The position numbers and the translations under genes are program-made. A stretch of DNA of 64,000 nucleotides from Harriotta raleighana (taxonomy: Eukaryota). The stretch is taken from the NCBI GenBank assembly GCA_050575255.1, contig JBNZDD010013679.1, forward strand, positions 2,593,367-2,657,366, given 5' to 3'. Shown here piece by piece: positions 1 to 11,935 of the stretch. The notes beneath the pieces are model-generated. The model saw only the letters and a list, made by a program, of their open reading frames with translations. It did no database searches and had not been told where the DNA came from. Each line of letters starts with the position of its first letter. The first letter of the stretch is position 1.

Positions 1-759
1 AAATACAAACAATTACATTGTTCTCCCTTTGAAAAGACCCGGAGATGAAGTGAGCCCACAGTGCATGTATTGTGCTGTCTTTTCAGATTACATGTAATCA
101 CTGAACTGATAGGATTTTAATTTCTCAATGTGATTCAACCCTAATGTCGAACAGCAAGTCGGAACAAATCTTGAAAAATCCTATGGAGGATTCTGCCCTT
201 TCTGTCAAAATTAATTTTGTTATCATTGGAAAAGTGTAAATCTGCAATCAGGTAAAGGTCCCATCTGTCTAATGACAATTAAAATGATGTCATGTATTCT
301 TCCTCCTGTTATTGTGTTAGGACTTTCACACTGGAATATGACATTGTATAAGAGGCTTGCATCAAAAGAGGGAGGCAGGCAAGTAAACAAATTTATTTAT
401 GTGCGGATGCATAATACAATTGATATTTATATCCAGTATAATTCACATAAGCCATAGCAGTCATATTATACACAGTGACCAACAAGTCTTATTTTTCAGC
501 TACCCGATTATCTAAAATAAATCATTTCTTTATGACTTATTAGACATTGTAATGGTATCACAACTTTTTGGTCATCCTGTGTATGACTTATGTAAAGTTA
601 TGTATTTTATATGACTTACATATAACCTATATACAAGCACTCTACTATCTGGTGACATCAAGGCAGGTTTCTACATTTATATTAAAGCAATAGTAGCCCA
701 TTCCTTCCACATATAGTACTACATATTGAAACAGAGCCCCGCTCTGAACATATTTCATA

Positions 760-1540
760 CCCAGCATAGCTGAACCACTTGTCTACCTCTTTGTCATCTC
801 CCACCTTGACTATTCAAATGCCCTTCTTGCCGATTACCCCAATTCCACTATCCACAAAATCCAGGTGCTCCCAAACTCTGCCTTTTACTCTCCCACTCTA
901 AACCTCACACCCCCATCACACGATTCCTCACCAAGCTCTATTGACTTCCTATCACAACATCGGATCAATTTCAAGATCCTCACAGTGGGCTACAATTACC
1001 TTCACTTCCGGGTACCTCATTAGCTCTCTGACCTGCTTATTCCCCATGCCATCACTCGTCGCTCCGTTCCATGTCTCCGGCCTCCTACACGTCCCTCATT
1101 CCTTCCGTTTCCCCATTGACATCTATACTATCAGCTGCTACTCCCCAAATCTTTGGATTTCTCTCCCTCAATCCCACCACCTTTCCCCCTCCTTCCCCAT
1201 TTTCAGATCACACCTGAAGATATCATTGGAAAATGGGGATATCATTTGGAGTCCTGTGGCTCAACGGTTAGAGCACTCGCCTTACAAGCGTGAGACCTGT
1301 ATTCGAATCCAGGTAGATCAGGGTGAAACCTTGGGTAAGTTTCCTTACTCCACATGCCTAATAATTATTCGTCCAAAAAAAAAACCCTATAATAAATTGG
1401 TCAATTCAATCTATGACTGCTGTGCGCAATTGGCTGTCTGTGAAGCGCTTTGAAAGAGCTAGAAGATGTGAAAAGTGTGAAATCAAATGCAAGGACTATT
1501 ACTATAAAATCTTCCTCTTTGACCGTGCCTATGGTTACCT
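760..1540 (+). mobile_element. L2 LINE ORF2 C-terminal fragment, split by a SINE insertion
   Basis: Decayed FVISHLDYSNALLA and RINFKIL-like motifs. The L2 sequence stops near 1221 and resumes near 1508 (CTTCCTCTTTGACCGTGCC). Confidence 0.8.
1248..1505 (+). mobile_element. tRNA-derived SINE (main family), internally deleted
   Basis: A-box TGGCTCAACGG at 1257 and B-box-like ATTCGAATCC at 1301. Then TTGGGTAAGTTTCCTTACTCCAC and the tail GTGAAAAGTG...CAAATGCAAGGACTATT shared with many copies in the window. Confidence 0.9.
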
Positions 1541-2089
1541 GGCTTGCCATCAGGTTCCACCGGTGTTAAACATTCCCAGGTGCTACCTGGTGTGAGAAGA
1601 ATCCCTGCTGGCTGTGTTATCAGCAGTACCCGAGAATACTGTGAACCCACCTGGTTAAGGAACTGGATGGACTACTGAAATTACCACAGAGGATTGTCTC
1701 AATACTGACATATGTTGTCAGGTAAGTCACCTTATTATGCATGTACTGTACAACAAAAGCTTTAATAATTCATATTGTACTTTGTGCATATGCAGTAAAT
1801 AGAGATGAGAGAATACTTAGCTATTCCTAAATTCAATCCTGTTATTGAGCCATTGCATCACTGGAAATGTCTGAGGGCGAATAACATGGAGACCATATAA
1901 ATATGAGTATAATAAGTACTTATGTAAGTATTTTTAAATTTACCACTGACTTTCAGATGAAACGTGCTCATCAATGTTTAAGGTAATCAAATTGGAAAAT
2001 AATACAGCCTTAATCTAAATGATCCAGTGGTGTTTCCTTTACTCTGTTTTCATCTTATTTCTAATAATAAAGTACAGTATTATTGTTTC

Positions 2090-2197
2090 ACCTACAAATT
2101 ATTTAGTCAATTCACTTTACAGTATATTCCATGAAGCACTTGAGACATCTCAAAGATATGATAAAGACTATCAAAAGCAATGATTCTTATTATTATT
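2090..2197 (+). mobile_element. SINE 3' fragment
   Basis: GTCAATTCACTTTACAGTATATTC...(ATT)n tail matches the main SINE. Confidence 0.75.
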
Positions 2198-2390
2198 GAA
2201 CCCAATTATGTTTTGTGTAAAATAAATCATCAGAGTGATTGTTTAATGTCAATCTCATATTGAAACTTATATCAGAAAGCTTCAACACTTTGTCAACGAG
2301 AAGCAATGCCTCCCAACATCCTTGTAGCAGGTCTGCTATAATAATAATCATTAGTGACTGTAATAAAATCATCAATAATAATGATTAATT

Positions 2391-3035
2391 AATAATAATT
2401 GCATTTGCTATGCATTCGGTTCCATTTCACGTGAAGAAAATGTACCAAAGCACCTCACAGGAAATACTGTCAGGTATAGTGACTGTATTTTGTAGGTGAA
2501 TGTGGCAGCTAATTTACATACAGCAATGTCTCACAAACAGCCATGGAGCTAATGACAACACACCTAATAATAATCCGTACCCAAAAAAAACACAATAATA
2601 AAATTGGTCATTTCAATCCACGACTGTTTGTGGGACACTGCTGTGAGCAATTGGCTGCCGCATTTCGCCCACAAATATACAGTCAATTCACTTTACAGTA
2701 TATTCTGTGAAGCGCTTTGAAACGTGGTGAAAAGCACGATACCAAATGCAAGGATTATTATTATTATTATTTTATGCTGGGGATTGTTGTCAAGGACATT
2801 GGGAAAACTCCCTTCTCTTTTTGAAGAGTGCCATGGGATCGTTGGTGTCGACCTAAACAGGCAGACGGAACCTTAGTTTAGTGTCTCAACCAAAGGACAT
2901 AGCCTCCAACAATGCCATACTCCGCCGGCCTGTTTTGGAGAGCTCATCTTAGACTGTATGAGTTCAAAGTCTAAATATGGGACCTCAATCCACAGGCTTC
3001 ATGACGTAGGTGAGAGTGCTACCAACTGAGACAGG
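2391..3035 (-). mobile_element. Deu-domain SINE (SacSINE1/AmnSINE1-like), interrupted by a main-family SINE
   Basis: Deu-like core GTGCCATGGGATC...GGCAGACGGAACCTTAGTTTAGTGTCTCA (2828-2888), tRNA head on the minus strand (GAGAGTGCTACCAACTGAG) and tail at 2391. Confidence 0.8.
2558..2770 (+). mobile_element. 5'-truncated main-family SINE nested in the Deu-SINE
   Basis: AATTGGTCATTTCAATCCACGACTGTTTGTGGGACACTGCTGTG...AATGCAAGGATT(ATT)n. Confidence 0.9.
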
Positions 3036-4340
3036 CTGAGACAAACTACCAACCTTCGAATTTCTGCGCTCAAATTGACTGCAGGAATTTGCTGGTTTTC
3101 CCAGTCCATTGAGACAAACGCTTTCCTGTTGGCTAAGCTTACGTGTTTGAACACTTCTCTCTTTCTAGTTATTTTTCTATTCCATTGAATTTATCTCCCA
3201 CTTTTTTATGGGATGCAGTATTTTCATTGCGCTCCTTCCAATGCTGGCATCCTGTGCACGGAGTGAATGCACATCTGGTGTCACTGATTGAATCCTAGAT
3301 TGTTTGACCAGGTATCAACATAAATGGTAATATTAAGCTAGATAACAAAAAAGGGTCAAGTTGTTCAAAAATAATTTTTCAAAATTGTGGTACAACAAGA
3401 TGTCAAGGATACTCGATTAACTGGATGTCGTCAAACTCAATTCAAACAGTTACATTGCATTACCTACCATCTGATGTAAACTCAAAAGTCAGCAAAAACT
3501 GTAGTGCACCTTGTCCATAATGCTGTCCTTGGGAGCTGTGCAAACAACATCTTACAATGAAAGGCATATTAGAATCGGGCTGTTTTATATGGTTTCTCTG
3601 AGAGAGTCGTAAATAATGCATGGACGAACAGTGGTGGTGATATTGCAGAGAATGTTTCCATGAAAGACTGCTGCGTTATGAGTTTTCATCAAACCATTTA
3701 CCAAGCAACTGGTATGGAAGGAAGCCGCTGACTGCATAATGTCTCTTTTTATTATTATTGTTATTATGCATTAATTTTCATAATGGAATTGGCATAACAT
3801 AAACAAGAGCTTTAAATAAGTGGGTTATAACATTTCCCAGCGAGGTGCATCACAATCTTTACCATTGGAATGGAATACTATTAAGATTTTGGAGCTAAAC
3901 CGTGGTATCACTTCCAAACTGATTGCTCAAAAGTCAAATGATATTAATAATCCTTTATTTATATAGCAGTGTCTTCTAGAACTATCAAAGCTCTTCACAG
4001 AATAGACTATAAAGTGAATTGACTATATATATGTGGACGAAACACAACAGCCAATTGCGCACAGCAGTATCCCACAAACAGTCGTGCATTGAAATAACCA
4101 ATTTCTTATTATTATAATGATAAATCTTGCATTTGATATAGCTCTTTTCACATCTTCTAGACCAGCGGTTCTCAACGAGGGGTACCTGTACACCAGGGGG
4201 TAAAAAATTACTTCCAGAGAGTACAATTGGCGGTACAGTATATTGATTTATTTAACTCTTATTTAGTGTTTTATAGCCTTCCAAATTGTATATTTAATTG
4301 TTATTCCCCTCTTTTTGTATCTGCTAGTTATTTTGTTATA

Positions 4341-5068
4341 CAGGCAGTCCTCAAGTTACGTCAGGTTAGGTTCCTAAGATGTGGTGTAAGTCGAATTTGT
4401 ATGTAAGTCGAGTCACCCCCCTATAATGCTTACAGTAACATACAGTGATTGGTTGTAGTGTATAGTGGGCTGCCCTCTCTCCCCTGCCCCCCTCCTAATA
4501 TGTACAGTACTGTAAATAAAATAAAATATTACTATGTACTTACATGGCTTCATTGTGAGTCTGGCACTTGATGTAGCGCAACACAGGAAATCACACGCGA
4601 CGTAGCGCAACACAGGAGATCACACGCGACGTAGCGCAACGCAGGAGATCACACGCGATGTAGCGCAACGCAGATCACATGCGACATAGCGCAACGCAGG
4701 AGATCACATGTGACGTAGCGCAACGCAGATCACACGTGACGTAGCGCAACGCAGATCGCACGTGACGTAGCGCAGTCTAAAGGCTGGAGAGTACTGTCCC
4801 GCCGAGCTCACAGACTCACACAGTACCTGTACAGTACACACTCGCGTCTCGCCTCCATCCTGTTCCTGTCCTGAACGCGTATCGTGGTCCCGTAAGTGTT
4901 GAGAGCGGCGACTCCAGTTTTCTATCGCGCGTGGGGCAACTAAAGTATTTACATAGTAGTGTCGTAACTTCGAGAACTTGGATGTAACTCGGACGTAATT
5001 TTACTGATTTTAAGTGTCGTAACTTCGAATTGTCGTACCTCGAAACGTCGCAACTGGAGGACTGCCTG
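4341..5068. mobile_element. Tc1/mariner (Tigger/pogo-like) MITE nested in the hAT element
   Basis: TIRs CAGGCAGTCCTCAAGTTACG and CGCAACTGGAGGACTGCCTG (18/20 match), flanked by TA on both sides. Subterminal GTCGTAACTTCGA repeats. Confidence 0.9.
4571..4775. repeat. CpG-rich minisatellite, 26/29-bp unit, about 7 copies
   Basis: Unit GACGTAGCGCAACGCAG(GAG)ATCACACGC repeated head-to-tail. Confidence 0.95.
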
Positions 5069-5494
5069 TATAAGAAAAGCTTAGTCATAAAATGCAAGTG
5101 GAATGAGGGGAGTGGTGTGTGTGTGTATGTGGTTGGGTGGGGGTACATGATAATGTTGAAAACTAACATAGGGTACATTACTGAAAAAGGTTGAGAACCA
5201 CTCTTCTGGATGTCTCAAAAGCTTCACAGAATATACTGTAAAGTGAATTGACTCTATATTTATGGTCGAAAAGTACCAATTGCACAAAACAGTATCCCAC
5301 AAACAGTCGTGGATTGAAATGACTAATTTATTATTGGGTTTTTTGGAGGGATTCTTATTATTGTTTTTTATTAAAGCAGCCATTGGAGTGATGTATCTTC
5401 TGATACAACCCGCATTGACCTTTGAATGGTTTCACTGCCAATAAAAAAAAGCACTTTACAACACCAGAAACACATTTAAATATAAAATATTTGG

Positions 5495-5580
5495 AGTTGG
5501 GGTAAAGATCAGCCATGATCTAAGAAAATGAAAGAACATCCTCAAGGAACTAAATAACGTACTCCTGTTCCTTTGCTCCT
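5495..5580 (+). mobile_element. CR1/HER1-like LINE 3' end
   Basis: AGATCAGCCATGATCT...TACTCCTGTTCCT resembles the shark CR1 3' UTR. The reverse-strand equivalent is at 51070-51245. Confidence 0.65.
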
Positions 5581-5873
5581 ATATACAGTATATATATATA
5601 TATATATAAAATCCCATCAACCAGGACTCTGAGAGCCTTGGGACGTCCTCCCAATATGAAAGACACTCTATAAATGTAATTTTGTTCTTATTGTTGTATG
5701 TTGTCAATTCGCAAAATGTAGAAATGCATTCAGTATTTAACATCATTAACATTGAATAGACCTGTGTGTGTGTGGCGCGTTGTTCTCAGTCTCAACATTT
5801 GCTAAAAAAGGCACTGAGGTTCCAGCTCATGGAAGGAACACAGTTTTCCATTGTCTTTTAAAGGATAGTTATA

Positions 5874-6229
5874 CAGTAAAACCCCGTTTATCCGGCCCGA
5901 GCGAGGGGTGGGGGGGGGTTGACTAATTGACGGTGCCGGATAAACAGAGGCTAAGTTTCCGAAAACCCAACATAAAAAATTAACTTATTTTAAAACATAC
6001 CATGTTAATAATAGACTACATAGTAACAGAATATTGTATGGATACTTACAGTAAAGCATTCCAGCACAGTCGGGAAAAAATCCAAGTTCGTAAGTTTACT
6101 AAGTGCGCATGTGCACGCATTCCACGCATGCACAAAGTGAGCAAACTCGCGATTCTGGAATGGGGAATTGCCCTGGGAGGGAGTCGAGCAATCCGATTGA
6201 TCGGGTCACGGATGAATGAGGTTTTACTG
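5874..6229. mobile_element. Tc1/mariner (Tigger-like) MITE, copy 1
   Basis: TIRs CAGTAAAACCCCGTTTATCCG and CGGATGAATGAGGTTTTACTG, TA TSD. Second copy at 36433-36799. Confidence 0.9.
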
Positions 6230-6374
6230 TAGTCAGTATTTCTCTAACCAGCAGTCATTGGGTGAACTTCAGTGAATCTGTAAAACAGAATCCCTATGCC
6301 ACGGCCTCACTCTCAGGTTATCTCGTTTATCAATTGTTTAAAAGTTATTTTAAATAACTATTAAAAGTTACTTG

Positions 6375-6648
6375 TCCGGCCTCCTAACCCCCTACCAATC
6401 TGCCCGCTGCGTCCACTCAGCGGATTGTGGCCTGCTTCACATCCCCACTTCACCCTCCCCACTATTGGCGGCGGGGCATTCAGTCATTCTGCCCCCATCC
6501 CTTGGAACTCCATCCTCAGTCCCTCACCTCCTTCACCCTCCCCAATCCCAACTCCCAGCTCAGGTCGGGAATACTGTGTGTTCAGCTCCTTGGGACGTCC
6601 TCCTCACGTGAAAGGCGTCATACTATTATAATTTTGATGTTGTTGTTT
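6375..6648 (+). mobile_element. L2 LINE 3' end
   Basis: LLTPYQSAR...TIGGGAFSHSAPIPWNSI, then tail GGGACGTCCTCCTCACGTGAAAGGCG...(TTG)n. Confidence 0.9.
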
Positions 6649-6808
6649 TCAGCTCAGAAACAGCATAGGCTTCTTTTCTGTTTGGCGGAAAACGAACATT
6701 CAACAACAAAAAGTTGAAGGTTGTTCCAGTTACCAGAAATTACATTCAGAAGAATAATCAAGTTGAAAAAAAGGTAGATGGGTTGCTTGCCATTTGTGAA
6801 CTAGGGTA

Positions 6809-6821
6809 CGCCACCTACTGG
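6809..6821 (-). promoter_or_regulatory. Candidate CTCF site
   Basis: Minus strand CCAGTAGGTGGCG fits the core consensus CCASYAGRKGGCR at 13/13 positions, at the edge of a TE-free tract. Motif match only. Confidence 0.45.
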
Positions 6822-9367
6822 TAGTCATCAAACATTCCTTAATTTACATAAGGAATACTAAAAGCGAAGAACGCAAATCTGTTCTTTCAGTGCAGCCATT
6901 TCTCCTCCCACCACACACAGCAAACATGCGCTTATAGCGTACCTTTCGCAAAAGATAACATCTCAAAGCACATTAACCACAACCCGTACTTTGGTCATTT
7001 TCTAACACTCGAGTTCTAATGAGGCTTGCATGACAGACTCTGATGCTGTTCAATTAATAAACAAATACATTTAAAGCTCCAAACTGATCATAGTCAATTA
7101 AGTAGAAATATAATAGGGATTACCTTTACTTTGTGCGTTCACTGACGGCAGATTCATCACAAATCGCTTCCACCTGTAATTACTTCCTTAGCCTGATGCA
7201 AAGTGTCGCAGGATTTTTATCTCTGCCTGAAATACCGTTAATATAATTAATATCATGCGTCAAGGGAAACACCGGTGTGGCCAGTTAATATGTAATAAAA
7301 ATAAAGGGTACCAACCCGCTGAGTTAAGACATAATTCGCTTTTGCGGGGATTTGGGGAAGAGGAGCAGGGAAGAAAATCCAGTTTAAACAGTGAACACAT
7401 TTATTATGGTTGTACAAAAGACCTCTCTGATAAATAAGCAGTGGCTGTTATTCAACATTTCATTGCTGTTGCATTTGGGGAACAACTCTGAGGTCAGACA
7501 CATTAATTTAGTCAGATGGGAAAATTAATAAAATCCCTGGCTTTTTGCCAAAGCTGCATTGTTAGCAGGGTTAACCAACCCTCTTTTTTACATGTTCGCT
7601 GGCTTTGTGAACTTCTGCTGTTGCTTGCTGTTAATTTTTTTTTCTTTCTGCCATGTTCCCCCCACCCCAAACCTAATTATAATGGGTCTAATGGGTGTAA
7701 TGAATAAGGAAGGGGCACTGGTGGAACAGATGGATAAAGACTCAGCAAAGGTTATTTGTGAGGCTGCTGTAGAATATTTCCCTTTGTGTAGCATTGTTCG
7801 TGTGTTTGCATGAAAAGGGAGAGAGAAAAAAAAATTCCCTCGCCTGGCAATGCAAAGAAAATTATCATTCATTCCCAACACATTTGAATTAAGCAGGTGC
7901 CGGCTGTTGAAAACCATAAACGCTTTCTGTGAAGGAACAAGAAGGAAAAAAATAGCCTCCCTTTCATATTTCTGATCACTTTCAGAGTAGCTTTAATGAC
8001 AAAAACGTTTTGCTGACAAGTTGCATGTTCCAAACACAATAAACACTGTATTTTCAGTGTTCTTACAGAAGATCCTTATACTAAAATGTTAATCATCATT
8101 TCCATGCCATTGTAAGTCTTCGCTGTTCAGCTGCTGGTTGACCAGGGTGGAGAACAAAGCTTTTATTTCACACTCCCCTTTTCCATCTGTTGATGGCGGA
8201 GATCAACAGGGATCCATTTAATTTTGGTGCAAGGATATACACATTGGTTTATATTCCAGCCACAGGGCCCGAGGAATAGTGCTGAGCAAACTGGGTTTTT
8301 AAAATCAGCTTCATTATTTTGGTTTCCTCCATTTCAACGTGGCTAAAACGAGGGTCAAGTAAAATGCGAAGAACAACAGGGCAAAGTATTTCTCTCCACT
8401 TTGCACCTGCAAAGAATATATATAGCATCAAGCTCTTTCATCCCATTTATAATCTTCATCAATACTAACTTTGTAAGATCATGTCCTACTGAAAACAGTG
8501 ATATTCCACTTTTGTGACCTCCCCGAGTAAGACAAATTTAGAAGCAAAATCTCTGATTAATTGCTATTTTTGTGCACAGGACTTTTGGGACTGGATTCAA
8601 CATGTCCAATGTTATTCCACCCAGATCATCAGGGGAATGATCAGCTGATGCCCACAACACCATCCAGTCACCACAGACACAAAGCCTAATGCTGGGCTGG
8701 GTGACATTGTGTGTAGGAGTACAGCAGATTGTGCACAATAGTTGCAGTTTTAAGGGCAATTTTATGTTCAGGCTTCAAATTCACTCTGCAAGAGAAATCA
8801 CAATCAAATCATCCATCCACTATGCCACACCTTCAATCTGACCTGACCTTTTACGACATTACTGAGTAGCAAGAGCGCAGAGAGAGGAGCTTTTTTTTTG
8901 CCTGAAAACACTGGAGAATCTCCACAGCAAACTTTTATAAATAATGATATTGAAGGTAAACAGTATAGCATGTTGCAGGTCTTAATGTTGGTTTCCTGCC
9001 TTCTTTCAACGCAGCGGCAGTCATGAGCAGTCTGTGGAATCTGTGTGCTTTACTGTTATCAGAGCTCATTTTACTAATGCATACAACAGGACCCAATGAT
9101 CTTGCTTAAACTGACTTTGCCACCACAACACAATGAAAATACTGAAACTCTACAAGATTGCAATTTTTTTAATGGACAGATCAGAGGGAGGGAGCGAGGG
9201 GATTAGGGATGGGGTGGGTGATGGGGGGGAACTATCCTTTTATGTTCCATAAGCGAACCAATGTCAGTATTTGTGAGCACTTGTTCATTTCACAGTCTTC
9301 AAGAGATATTGATTGAAAAAGGAAACACTAATGGATTACAAGATTATAGGATATCCTTTGACGTTTT

Positions 9368-9680
9368 GCATGTTTATCAACCGAAACATTTCTGCCTCTA
9401 AGAAGGAGCATAAAATATTGCTCGCAGTATTTCAGGGCATTGCTGATGACCGCACAGTCTTATTAAAAAGCTTATAAGAATAGACCAGTACTGGGGCAGT
9501 GACACTATCCACTCAGCTTCAGTTAATCCTGCAAGCCAATCCCGTAACAGGTAGTGCGGTCTTTGCTGGACAAGCAACAGAACAACTTGACAGTCAGTGG
9601 TATCAATGGCTTTAGCTGGTCAGAATCCTACACTACCTCAACTCAAACTCTGTGGTTCCCAAGCTTTCGCTTTTACCAAG
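9368..9680 (-). repeat. Unclassified ~340-bp dispersed repeat, copy A
   Basis: Reverse complement aligns with 23116-23468 and 54232-54571 (e.g. CAGCAATGCCCTGAAATACTGCG and GCTTGTCCAGC). Confidence 0.75.
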
Positions 9681-10399
9681 CTGCACTTAATACTGCCCAG
9701 AATTAGATAAACAGGACCCATCCCTCCAGGGAGAGAGAGCAAATTCCATTCCAACAAATATCTCTGGAATTTCCATGTGTAAGTGGGATGTATGGAAATC
9801 TCAGTTTGATTTGGACACTTCAGCTTGGTGATGGGTTTTTACATGTGTCATCCACCCAGCTGAAAACAAAACCAGTTAATTCTATCGTCATGATTTTTTA
9901 TGAGGTAAACGATCGGGTAAAATGCGACATTTCATAACTGAATGTGCTATGGAAACTTACAATTTTCACACTTATATGTTTGCCATTGCTTTAAAAACTC
10001 ATTAAATTGCTAATGGAATTGTAAATTAATATGACATATGCCAGTGGACATTTTCACGTCTCAGTGTAATGCATTACGCAGCAAAATGGTTGCCAAGAGT
10101 GTCTAATGGAATAAGTAATCAGGAAGTACTTGGCAGCTGCTTGGAGAGTGTTCTGGTGATATAAAAATATCTTTAGAAATTGACATTCACAGGAAAATCC
10201 CTCCAGGGTTTCACTCCACTTCATCTCTGAGGCCCTTCAAATTTGCCGACCCAGCCATTCACTTCACTCAGTGAATTCCACCCTGGTTCATGTCCTCTTG
10301 CCCATTTGTCCTACCATCACCATCTGGAACTACATCCAGGAGTCCGTCCAACTCTTTCTAAGGCTCTTTTCAAACTATTTTTGAACTCACTTCGAACTC

Positions 10400-10550
10400 T
10401 AATCCTATGTCCTTTTGATATACAGTTTTAATCCATTCTATTGGATCAACGGTATTGTTTTCGGTTTACTTTTTCAACCCTATGTAACATGTTTTATATC
10501 TCTATGAGGTTCACTCTTCAAGACTGAAGGAAGCACTCCAGCTTGTCCTT
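10400..10550 (-). mobile_element. Old CR1 ORF2 C-terminal remnant
   Basis: Pattern TTTTATATCTCTATGAGGTTCACTCTTCA...CCAGCTTGTCC is typical of antisense CR1 (KLGLFSL...LIEVYK region). Confidence 0.45.
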
Positions 10551-11486
10551 GCCACAATGGGTCTTTGAGGAAATTGAGTTTTGTTCACCTATGATCTTTG
10601 TGCCCCCTGATGCTGCTGTCCCTGAGAAGCAGTAGCCTATCTCGTCACTTTCACCTGGCACCAAAGAGGGTTTGATGACTCTTCCTGCCCTCTTTGCCCC
10701 GCTCTCCTCCAACAAAGCCATCCCCTTTCCCCCCACACATACACCCCCACCCCACCAATATGAAGCAGAACAGCATGTTGTCACAGAACAGTAAACTAAC
10801 ACATCCCTTACTGGACCTATGATTGATGCTTAATGCTTCAAAGGTCAAAGAGGACTAAAATGAGTCTGTCATCTCGCAGACTATCCGAGAGACACAAGCT
10901 TAGTTCCAGTCGATGAATGAATCATGAACACATTTGCTGGAACTCGTAGGTTGCCTGGAAAATCTATCCAGACTGTGCTGAAGCTTGTGTCAATCAATTG
11001 CTACTTACATTGCATTTTTTGGTGTGAATTACAGGTAATTCCTTATTGGTTTCTGCGACAAATCAAACATTCTGTGTATGCACAGAACAAATCTGAGCTG
11101 TAAAACAATTCCAAACAGACAGCTGCCGGTGAGCATGATATGACTGTATGAAATCAAAGTACTGCTTAACATTCATTTTTTTGTTGTTATTGCACTTTGT
11201 TACTGGGCTAAAAAGTCTTGATCTTGAAATCATTTTATCAATACACAGGCTTAAAAATAAATCATTCAACATGGTCTTGCTCAGATTTTAAAAAGCTTCC
11301 CTACAAAGTCACATATTTTGGTGGTGATGGCCTGGGACAGATTAAGGTATTGGGGGGTAGGGACGGCAAGAGAAACCCCAAGACGGGTATATCCCTATTT
11401 CTTCATAAAAACATTAGGCTACAAAATAATTCACTTCGTATTATTCAACTTGGCTCAGTTGACGCACTATCATATCTGAGTCAACT

Positions 11487-11695
11487 AATAATAATAATAA
11501 TAATAATAATCCTTGCATTCGACACAACACCATATCACGTCTTCTAGACATCTCAAAACGCTTCACAGAATATACTGTACGGTGAATTGACTGCATATTT
11601 GTGAGTGAAACTTGGTACGAATTGCACACAGCAGTTTCCCACAAACAGTCGTGGTTTAGAGTTACCAGATTTTTTTTTGGGGGGGATTATTATTC
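11487..11695 (-). mobile_element. Main-family SINE 3' half
   Basis: (AAT)n CCTTGCATT...CCCACAAACAGTCGTGG. Confidence 0.9.
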
Positions 11696-11719
11696 TAATT
11701 GAACCTACAATGGTGTATA

Positions 11720-11935
11720 GTCCAGGCTGATTCTCCAGTGTAGTTCTGGTTTGTTGGAGATGCCATCCTTTGCATGAGACATTAAATCAAGCTTCATCTG
11801 TCTATTCTAATTAAACGTGAAAGATCCCTTAACACTATGTAAGAAGAGAATGGGACTTCTCCCTGGCCAACAATGCCATAGAGATGTCCTTTCAACATAA
11901 AAGGCTATATATTAAATGGAAGGATTAGTTTTATT
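11720..11935 (+). mobile_element. Deu-domain SINE fragment
   Basis: GATGCCATCCTTTGCATGAGACATTAAATCAAG...AAAGATCCC Deu-like core. Confidence 0.7.

Larger units (their letters stand above)
4163..5203. mobile_element. hAT (Charlie-like) non-autonomous DNA transposon
   Basis: TIRs CAGCGGTTCTCAAC (4163) and GTTGAGAACCACTC (5190-5203). 8-bp TSD TTCTAGAC / TTCTGGAT. Confidence 0.85.
3945..5370 (-). mobile_element. Two tandem SINE 3' halves; the second is split by a hAT MITE
   Basis: Antisense SINE tails at 3945 and 4113. The second breaks at CATCTTCTAGAC (4162) and resumes at GTCTCAAAAGCTTCACAG (5212). Confidence 0.85.

Noticed and set aside
1248-1320. tRNA-like sequences with A/B boxes (also 18250-18320, 28735-28806, 33186-33255)
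   Set aside because: They continue into SINE bodies and lack an intact cloverleaf, so they are SINE heads, not tRNA genes.
1640-1740. Strong donor CAG|GTAAGT at ~1720 and patchy similarity to 16645-16740
   Set aside because: All frames from the nearest acceptor contain stops. The similarity is too short to call by eye and is probably an old repeat.
4571-4775. Regularly spaced ~29-bp repeats resembling a CRISPR array
   Set aside because: No unique spacers; head-to-tail minisatellite inside a MITE in eukaryotic DNA; no cas genes.
7124-7173. 50-nt minus-strand segment bounded by CAG and GTAATC
   Set aside because: No polypyrimidine tract, unrecognised peptide, and no partner exons found.
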